Assembly: GCF_018977255.1 (NCBI RefSeq)
Contig: NW_024704743.1
Span: 95,296,001 to 95,360,000, forward strand
Source: Callorhinchus milii
Taxonomy: Eukaryota
Length of the DNA: 64,000 bases
Direction of reading: 5' to 3'
The notes beneath the pieces were generated by a model that saw nothing but the letters and a program-made list of their open reading frames with translations, had not been told where the DNA came from and did not search any database. This document shows, one piece after another, positions 22,593-30,570 of this stretch; position 1 is the first letter of the stretch; each line of letters opens with the position of its first letter. Both the position numbers and the translations under genes were made by a program.

Positions 22593-22917
22593 CTTGACGC
22601 GGATTATTTTCTCCAAGACCTGCAGGGCAATGATGAAGATGCAATGATTGGACGAGAGAAAGGAAGCCAAATGCTCTGTCTCACTAACATCTCACTCACT
22701 TTGAAAGGGAACAAACATTAAGAATTCAAAATCTCTTGCATATGACAAGAATATTTCCATGCTTCTCAGTCGCTTACCATATTCTCCTCAGAAAAACGAG
22801 GCTTTTTTCCAGGTGCAATTGAAACAGCAGCCAAAACAGATTGCTTGTTTCTTCTCAACCCACTGGTGTATCATCACAGCTATTCCAGGACCACAAACTT
22901 TTATTTGAGATAAGGTG

Positions 22918-22989
22918 GGGCCTGAGGCGCAATGGACAATGCTTCCAACTACAAACCAGAAATTATAAGTTTGACTCCTACCTGGCTCG
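22918..22989 (+). pseudogene. tRNA-Arg-derived pseudogene
   Basis: A-type degenerate body. Confidence 0.78.
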
Positions 22990-23060
22990 GTTTTCTTGAT
23001 TTCAGTTTTTCAGCAGCAATACAATGCTATGTAAAACAAACACCCAATGTAAAGCTCCAT

Positions 23061-23113
23061 TGGAGAATGCGGGCATCGATCCCGCTACCTCTCGTATGCA
23101 AAGCGTATTCCCC
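23061..23113 (-). pseudogene. tRNA-Ala pseudogene with D arm deleted
   Basis: Same 20-nt deletion as monomer C but with an intact 3' half. Confidence 0.78.
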
Positions 23114-23438
23114 GTAGAGGAGGATCATTTTCTATAAGCCCTGCAGAGCAATGATGAAAATGCAATGATTGGACGAGAGAAAGGAAGCCAAATGCTCTGT
23201 CTCACTAACATCTCACTCACTTTGAAAGGGAACAAACATTAAGAATTCAAAATCTCTTGCATATGACAAGAATATTTCCATGCTTCTCAGTCGCTTACCA
23301 TATTCTCCTCAGAAAAACGAGGCTTCTTTCCAGGTGCAATTGAAACAGCAGCCAAAACAGATTGCTTGTTTCTTCTCAACCCACTGGTGTATCATCAAAG
23401 CTATTCCAGGACCAGGAACTTTTATTTGAGATAAGGTG

Positions 23439-23510
23439 GGGCCTGTGGCGCAATGGACAATGCTTCCAACTACAAACCAGAAATTATAAGTTTGACTCCT
23501 ACCTGGCTCG
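23439..23510 (+). pseudogene. tRNA-Arg-derived pseudogene
   Basis: A-type degenerate body. Confidence 0.78.
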
Positions 23511-23573
23511 GTTTTCTTGATTTCAGTGTTTCGGCAGCAACACAATGCTATCTAAATCAAAAAACAAATTTAA

Positions 23574-23628
23574 ATCCCGCTACCTCTCACCTGCAAAGCG
23601 TGCGTTCTCCTATTTGAGCTAATTCCCC
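23574..23628 (-). pseudogene. 3'-truncated tRNA-Ala(TGC) pseudogene
   Basis: 3' half of the T arm and the acceptor 3' strand are missing. Confidence 0.72.
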
Positions 23629-24049
23629 TTGATTTGGATAAAATTGCCCACGTCAAACAGAGGAACCATTTGGATGCAACGAAGGGAGGAGATAAAGGAA
23701 GCCGGATATTGTTTCCCACCAACATATGTCTCACCAACAAGAATTGAATATTCCATTCCACTGGAATATGACAAAATCTTTTCCTTGAATCTCAGTCTCT
23801 AACCATTTTCTCACCAGAAAAAAAAGACTTTCTTATTGAGCCCAAATCAAATAACAGCCTAAAGAAAATGGGGATTGTTTGTTTCTTCACAACCCATTGC
23901 TGTTCCATCAACGTTATTGAAAGAAAATGCAACAAAGAACTTTCATTGCTATTCACATGCCCGCTCATGCTGTGACAACAGGACAGTTGTAAAGAATGGG
24001 AAGCTTGATTCATGTAGAAGTAGCAGGACATTTTAATTGAGATCAGGTG

Positions 24050-24122
24050 GGGCCAGTGGCGCAATGGACAACGCGTCTGACTACGAATCAGAAGATTGTA
24101 GGTTCGACTCCTACCTGGCTCG
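24050..24122 (+). tRNA. tRNA-Arg-ACG: tRNA-Arg(ACG)
   Basis: Identical to 10665-10737. Confidence 0.93.
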
Positions 24123-24193
24123 CTTTTCTTGCTTTCAGTTTTTGGGCAGCAATACAATGCGATGTAAAACAAACACCAGATGAAAAGCTCCAT

Positions 24194-24266
24194 TGGAGAA
24201 TGCAGGCATCGATCCCGCTACCTCTCACATGCTAAGCGAGCGCTCTACCATTTGAGCTAATTCCCC
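24194..24266 (-). tRNA. tRNA-Ala-AGC: tRNA-Ala(AGC) variant (G.U in the T stem)
   Basis: One substitution versus 10809-10881. Confidence 0.8.
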
Positions 24267-24704
24267 TTCATTTGGTTTATATTGCACAAGTCCAGCAGAG
24301 GAATGATTAAGATGCAATCATTGGAGGAGAGAAAGGAAGACGAATGTTGTTTCTCACCAACAACAGTCTCTCTTTGAAACGGATCAAGAATTGAATATTC
24401 CAAAGCATTTGAATATGACAAGAACTCATCCGTGAATCTCAGTCTCTGACCATTTTCTCTCCTGAAAAGCAAGGCTTCTTTCCATGAACAATTGAAACAA
24501 CCGGCAAAAGAGAATGGAGATTGTTTGTTTCTTTGCAACGCGTTGGTTCACCATCAAACCTATTGAAAAACAAAACCCAGCAAAATGCTTCAATGTTTCT
24601 TTACATTCATGCTCATGCTGTGGGACCAAATTAGCTGTGAGGAATGGGCAGCTTGATTGACATAGAAGTACCAGGACCTTTCAGTTGAGATGGATCAGCT
24701 CCAT

Positions 24705-24777
24705 TGGAGAATGCCGGCATCGATCCCGCTACCTCTCGCATTCTATGTGAGAGCTCTACCATTTGATCTAATTCCCC
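24705..24777 (-). pseudogene. Degenerate tRNA-Ala
   Basis: Multiple stem and anticodon substitutions. Confidence 0.72.
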
Positions 24778-25102
24778 CTTGATTTGGATTGGATTGCACA
24801 AGTCCAGTAGAGCAATGATTAAGATTCAATGTTTGGAGAGAGAGAAAGGAAGCCAAATATTGTTTCTCAACAATACTTCACGCCCTTTGAAAGGGAACAA
24901 ACATGAAGAATTCAAAATCTCTTGCTTATAACATGAATCCTTCCTTCCTTCTCAGTCTCTTACCATTTTCTCCTCAGGAAAGTAAGGCTTCTTTCCAGAT
25001 ACAATTGAAGCAGAAACCAAAGGAGATTGTTTGTTTCTTCTCAACCCACTGGTGTATCATCAAAGCTATTCCAGGACCGGGAACTTTTATTTGAGATAAG
25101 GT

Positions 25103-25175
25103 GGGCCAGTGGCGCAATTGACAATGCTTCTAACTACAAACCAGAATATTGTAACTTCGACTCCTTCCTGGCTCG
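25103..25175 (+). pseudogene. Degenerate tRNA-Arg
   Basis: Disrupted anticodon and T arms. Confidence 0.72.
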
Positions 25176-25246
25176 GATTTCTTGATTTCTGTTTTTCGAC
25201 AGCAATACAATGCTATGCAAAACAAACACCAGATGGAAAGCTGCAC

Positions 25247-25319
25247 TGGAGAATACGGGCATCGATCCCACTACCTCTCACATGCTAAGCAAGCACTCTA
25301 CCATTTGAGCTAATTCCCC
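25247..25319 (-). pseudogene. tRNA-Ala(AGC) divergent copy
   Basis: Several transitions in the stems. Confidence 0.65.
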
Positions 25320-25740
25320 TTGATTTGGATAAAATTGCACAAGTCCAACAGTGGAACGATTAGGATGCAACGAAGGGAGGAGAGAAAGGAAGCCGCTCAT
25401 TGTTTCTCACCAACATCTGTCTCACCAACAAGAATTGAATATTCCATTCCACTGGAATATGACAAAATCTTTTCTTTGAATCTCAGTCTCTAACCATATT
25501 CTCACCAGAAAAAAAAGACTTTCTAATTGAGCACAAATCAAATAATAGCCTAAAGAAAATGGGGATTGTTTGTTCCTTCACAACTCATTGCTGTTCCATC
25601 AACATTATTGAAAGAAAATGCAAAAAAGCCCTTTCATTATTATTTACATGCCCGCTCATTCTGCGACAACAGGACAGTTGTAAAGAATGGGAAGCTTGAT
25701 ACATGTAGAAGTACCAGGACTATTTGATTGAGATAAGGTG

Positions 25741-25813
25741 GGGCCAGTGGTGCAATGGACAATGCATTTGACTACGAACCAGAAGATTGTAGGTTCAACT
25801 CCTACCTCGCTTG
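25741..25813 (+). pseudogene. Degenerate tRNA-Arg(ACG)
   Basis: CpG-decayed body; ACG anticodon retained. Confidence 0.72.
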
Positions 25814-25884
25814 CTTTTCTTGCTTTTTGTTTTTGGGCAGCAATACAATGCTATGTAAAACGATCAGCAGATGATAAACTCCAT

Positions 25885-25956
25885 TGGAGCATGCAGGCAT
25901 CGATCCTGCTACCTCTCGCATGCTAAGCAAGCGCTCTACATTTGAGCTAATTCCCC
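25885..25956 (-). pseudogene. Degenerate tRNA-Ala(AGC)
   Basis: 1-nt deletion and substitutions. Confidence 0.72.
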
Positions 25957-26393
25957 TTGATTTGGATTATATTGCACAAGTCCAACAGAGGAACGATAAA
26001 GATGCAATGAATGGAGGAGGAAAAGGAATTCAAATGTTGTTTCTCACCAACACCTCTCTCCCTTAGAAACGGAACAAGAATTGAATATTCCACACCACTT
26101 GAATATGACAAAAACGTTTCCATGAATCTCAGTCTCGGACCATACTCTCTCCAGAAAAGCAAGGCTTCTTTACAGGCATAATTGAAACAGCAGTAAAAGG
26201 AGAATGGAGATTGTTTGTTTCTTTGCATCGTATTGTTGTACCATCAAACCTATTGAAACAAAACCCAGCAAAATGCTTCAATGGTTCTTTACATTCCTGC
26301 TCATGCTGTGGCACCAAAATTAGCTGTGAAGAATGGGCAGCTTGATTGATGTAGAAGTACCAGGACCTTTCCATTCAAATGGAAAATCTCCAT

Positions 26394-26466
26394 TGGAGAA
26401 TGCGGGCTTCGATCCCGCTACCTCTCGCATGCAAAGCGAGCGCTCTACCATTTGAGCTAATTCCCC
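26394..26466 (-). tRNA. tRNA-Ala-TGC: tRNA-Ala(TGC), fully paired anticodon stem
   Basis: GGGGAATTAGCTCAAATGGTAGAGCGCTCGCTTTGCATGCGAGAGGTAGCGGGATCGAAGCCCGCATTCTCCA followed by ATGGAGATTTT. Confidence 0.8.
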
Positions 26467-26595
26467 CTTGTCGCAGATTATGTTGTAAAATTCCTGCAGA
26501 GTAATGATTGAGATGCAATGATTGGTGGAGAGAAAGGAAGCCAAATGCTTTTTCTCACCAATACCTCTCTCCCTCTGAAAGGGAACAAACATTAA

Positions 26596-26713
26596 CAAAA
26601 ATAATAACAAGATTCGATTTATAGAGCGCCTTTCACGTCGGGAGGATGTCCAAGGCACTGGACAGTTGGGTCAGGACCCGAGCAGGGGGAAAATGGTCAG
26701 GTGAGGGGAGGGA
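26596..26713 (-). mobile_element. Short L2-type LINE 3' end inserted in the array
   Basis: TTTATAGAGCGCCTTTCACGTCGGGAGGATGTCC...GGACCCGAGCAGGGGGA; matches 48318-48479 in reverse. Confidence 0.8.
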
Positions 26714-27067
26714 TGCTTACGACAAGAATATTTCCATGCTTCTCAGTCTCTTAACATTTTCTCCTCAGAAAAGCACGGCTTCTTTCCAGGAACAATTGAA
26801 TCAGCAGCCAAAGGAGATTGTTTGTTTCTTCATAACCCATTGGTGTATCATCAAAGCTATTCAACCCTAAGTCTACAAAACCTTTCCAGCTTCATGGTTT
26901 GAGAAGTACCAGGACCTTTCAAGTGAGATCGGGTAGGGCCATTGTCAGAATGAATAACAAATCAAAAGTTTATAGGTTCGACTACTACCTGACTCAGTTT
27001 ACTTGTTTTCAATTTTCGAGTGGCAATATAATGCTATGCCAAATAAACACCAGATGAACAGCTCCAT

Positions 27068-27140
27068 TGGAGAATGCGGGCATCGATCCCACTACCTCTC
27101 ACATGCTAAGCGAACGCTCTACCATTTGAGCTAATTCCCC
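27068..27140 (-). pseudogene. tRNA-Ala(AGC) divergent copy
   Basis: Two stem substitutions versus the consensus; function uncertain. Confidence 0.6.
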
Positions 27141-27462
27141 TTGATTTGAATTATATTGCACAAGTCCAGCAGAGGAACGATTCAGAAGCAATGATTGGAG
27201 GAGGGAAAAGAACCCGAATGTTGTTTCTCACCAACAACAGTCTCACTTTGAAAAGGAACAAGAATTGAACATTTCAAACTACTTGAATATGAAAGAATAT
27301 TTCCATGCTTCTCAGTCTCTTACCATTTTCTCCTCAGAAAAGCAAAGCTTCTTTCCAGGTGCAATTGAAGCAGCAGCCAAATGAGATTGTTTGTTTCTTC
27401 TCAACCCACTGGTGTATCTTCAAAGCTATTCCAGTCGAGGACCTTTCATTTGAGATAAAGTG

Positions 27463-27535
27463 GGGCCAGTGGCGCAATGGACAACTCTTCTAACTACAAA
27501 CCAGAAGATTGTAGGTTTGATTCCTACCTGGCTCG
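27463..27535 (+). pseudogene. Degenerate tRNA-Arg
   Basis: Anticodon ACA; D and anticodon stems disrupted. Confidence 0.72.
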
Positions 27536-27604
27536 GTTTTCTTGCTTTCATTTTTAATTTGACGATATAATGCTATATAAAATAAACACGATGAAAAGCT
27601 CCAT

Positions 27605-27677
27605 TGGAGAATGCGGGAATCGATCCTGCTACCACTCACATGCTTAGCGAGAGTTCTACCATTTGATCTAATTCCCC
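27605..27677 (-). pseudogene. Degenerate tRNA-Ala
   Basis: Multiple substitutions. Confidence 0.7.
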
Positions 27678-28115
27678 TTTGATATCAATTAAATTGCATA
27701 AGTCCAGCAGAGGAACAATTAAGATGCAATGATTGTTTGGTAAGCAACTTCTCTATGTCACCAACACATTTCCCCTTTTAAAAGAGAACAAAAATTGAGT
27801 AATTGTAATGGAAACCACTTTTACATGTCAAGAACTCTTCCATGCATATCAGTCTTTGTCCTTTTCCTTCTCAGAAAAGCAAGCATTTTTTCGAGGTACA
27901 ATTGAAACAGTGGCCTAAGGAGAATGTAGCTTCTTTGTTTCTTCACGAACCATTGATGTACCACGAACGTTATTGAAACAAAATACAATAAAACTCTTCA
28001 ATAGTTCTTTACATTCCTGCTCATGTTGTGACACCAATGTAGTTGTGGAAAATGGACATTTTGATTGATTGAAAATTACTAGAACTTTTCAGTTGAGATC
28101 AGGTGGGAAATTATG

Positions 28116-28188
28116 GGGCCAGTGACACAATGGATAATATGTCTGACTATGAATCAGAAGATTTTAGTTTTGACTCCTACCTGGTTGG
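28116..28188 (+). pseudogene. Degenerate tRNA-Arg at the right edge of the array
   Basis: CpG-decayed body (CTATGAATCAG). Confidence 0.7.
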
Positions 28189-28527
28189 TTTTCTTGCTTT
28201 CAGTTTATACGTACCAATATTTTGCTACATTCTGCTATTAACAAAATAAATCTAAACTAAAAGTTATGGGCATTGATCCTGCTATTTATTCCATTTGAGG
28301 TAATTTCCATCATCTGTACCATTTTAGGTGCTATATGATCCAAGGTAATTCATTCCCCTTTGACTTTGATTATCCTTAAAAGTTTAGCAGTGGAAACCGA
28401 TGGTCTTATTTTTTGGTGGAGCACCGCAAAATTTTGTTTCTCAGCAGCATCTGTTCGCTTAAAAGTTAACAAGAATTAATTAACCAAACTGAGCTGTTAC
28501 TCTTTTGCAGTTGTTGAGTGATTCTTG

Positions 28528-28702
28528 GCTGTTTCTTGGTGGCAGTCACTGACGGATCCTGTGCTGTCATCACCCTGTGGGTAGGCACTGTCTCATACTG
28601 ACTAAAGCTGGGTTGTCACCAGGTGGCAGTCACTGGCACTCCCTTGCAGGCCCTGATTTAAACTGAGTTTTTCGGGTTGCCTCTAGGTGGCAGCCACTGA
28701 CG
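28528..28702 (+). promoter_or_regulatory. Three tandem CTCF-like motifs
   Basis: TTCTTGGTGGCAGTCACTG, TCACCAGGTGGCAGTCACTG and CCTCTAGGTGGCAGCCACTG versus the CTCF core CC[A/T]CYAG[G/A]TGGCRG. Confidence 0.45.
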
Positions 28703-30206
28703 AGGTCTGTCGCTCTGTAACAGGGTGTCACAAATTTCCCTTGTCTGACTCATCTTCATTGAATGTCTTCTCAGTCATCCCCTTCTCAGTAACCATCAAT
28801 CTCAGCTGTACCGGGCTTTGCTCTTTCCGAGCTTATCCTGAGACATGCACTGTTTATACAGGTACAAACGATGCAGCTCAGCCTAACCCAGACTAACAAT
28901 AAAGTACAAGGAATCACTCTTCAATCTGCTTGAAATAAGGACGGAAATATATGAGCAATCACACCAGCTCCTTTTCCAATTAAAGAATAAGCATTTAATT
29001 CTGAATACCAAACAAATCTTATAAATATAGGTATACAAATACAGTATATACAAACACAGATTTTAAAAGTAGCCAATTAAAGAATGAAACAAAAGTAGGA
29101 AAATATAAAGTTTTACTGACTTTGGTTTTGGTACTTTCCTTAATAGAACAGAAACACAAACAAAGAATCAGGCAGCTCTTTCTCTCTCTTCTCAGATACA
29201 TAGTTTTGACCATCATCTCACACCAGACAACGCTCTTTGATCACCCATCATGTGCTATCTATCACTCTCCAGCAATCACTGACTATCCTGAACTGTCTCT
29301 CCAGCAGTCATTGATACTGACTTGTCACTCTTCAGCAATCACTGACTTTTCCTAAACTGTTATTCCCTTGCAATCACTGATTAATATTGGGACGGCACTA
29401 TGGCGGGCACTGACGTTTATGAGAGATCATATATATAACACCCATTATACCTGCCTGTGAGGACACTGACAGGCAAAACTCTCCATGACTGGTAATCTAT
29501 ATTCAATCTACCCTAAAGAATTGATTATTGTGAAATTGTCCATGCAAGAAATAGTCAACAGTTAAATTGTACAGCCAGAATATCTACAATATGTTATTGT
29601 TAGTTTATGAATTAATAGCCTGAATAGTTTATTAATAGAAAATGATGCAAACATATTTTGGTTTACATAGTGCATGAGTCCTGTGGTGTAACAAAACTTT
29701 CAGATGTTTCCCCCTAGACCCCAGGAATAAGGCTAAACAATATGCTTTGAATGTGTGCAGCTGCCACCTTTAATGCAACGGGTGTCGTCACGTAAACCAT
29801 TTGTAATGCACAGAGCCACACCTGGTTTTGTTAGTCAATTGATGAATCAGGTGTTTAGAGACAGAAATGCAAACAAAGGACAATTGCTTTAGGAGTTAGG
29901 CACAGATTTAGTGGAGTACGTTTGTAATGTGAATGTTTGGATTAGTCCAAGCTGCACCTGTTAGCTTTAGGGTGAAGCTTTCAAACAGTGGGACATTTGT
30001 GAGGTGTCAGTTATATTCCACTCCCATATTAATGCACGGACTAAAGCTTTGAAATTGTTTTGGAAGGAATTCTCAGTTTTTGTAAAATGTACGTGACCTG
30101 TGGAGAGCTTTCCAAAACAGGGAATTGCTGACAGTTTGGTTTACATTTCAGAGCAGTGCACTATTCATGAAAACAGAATCAGTGCCATAAATACTGATCC
30201 TCAACT

Positions 30207-30570
30207 ATAATAATAATAATAAAAATCCTTGCATTTGATATAGTGCCTTATCACATCATTGGGATGTCTCAAAGCGCTTCACAGGATATACTGTAAAGTG
30301 AATTGACTGTATATTTTGTAGGAGAAACGCAGCAGTCAATTGCATATAGTAGTGTCCCACAAATAGTCATGAATTGGGTGACCAAATAATTTACTTTAGG
30401 GATTATTCCCCCTGGAAAGTGGTTCACCAATCGACTAACAACTGGGTTCCTACTTACTGCTAGGTAACCAGAGGTGCGTGGAGTAAAGAAAGTTGCCTAA
30501 GGTTTCGACCTCAAAACTGGGTCCTCTCGCTTGCGAGGCGAGTGCTCCAACCAATATGCTAAAGGTCTCC
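30207..30570 (-). mobile_element. tRNA-headed SINE (long-body subfamily)
   Basis: (TAA)n tail; body and head homologous to 63181-63509. Confidence 0.8.

Larger units (their letters stand above)
9741..22600. repeat. Higher-order repeat core: 2841-bp five-monomer unit (A-B-C-D-E) with 2203-bp and 1659-bp variants
   Basis: Near-identical sequence and ORFs recur at offsets of 2841 (10407/13248, 11565/14406, 16609/19450), 2203 (14406/16609) and 1659 (19450/21109, 20505/22164). Confidence 0.93.
5017..28450. repeat. Tandem tRNA-Arg/tRNA-Ala gene array (monomers ~450-640 bp) with a homogeneous core and degenerate edges
   Basis: Recurrent spacer motifs (GAGAAAGGAAG, CTCACCAACA, GTACCAGGAC) and tRNA bodies throughout. 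Confidence 0.95.

Noticed and set aside
9896..27493. Dozens of recurring 60-133 aa ORFs in the array
   Set aside because: They are chance translations of tRNA bodies and spacers (e.g. EPGRSRTYNLLIRSQTR is antisense tRNA-Arg) and recur only because the DNA is repeated
9741..28200. CRISPR-like repeat/spacer array
   Set aside because: The repeats are tRNA genes, the spacers are homologous to each other, there are no cas genes and the context is eukaryotic
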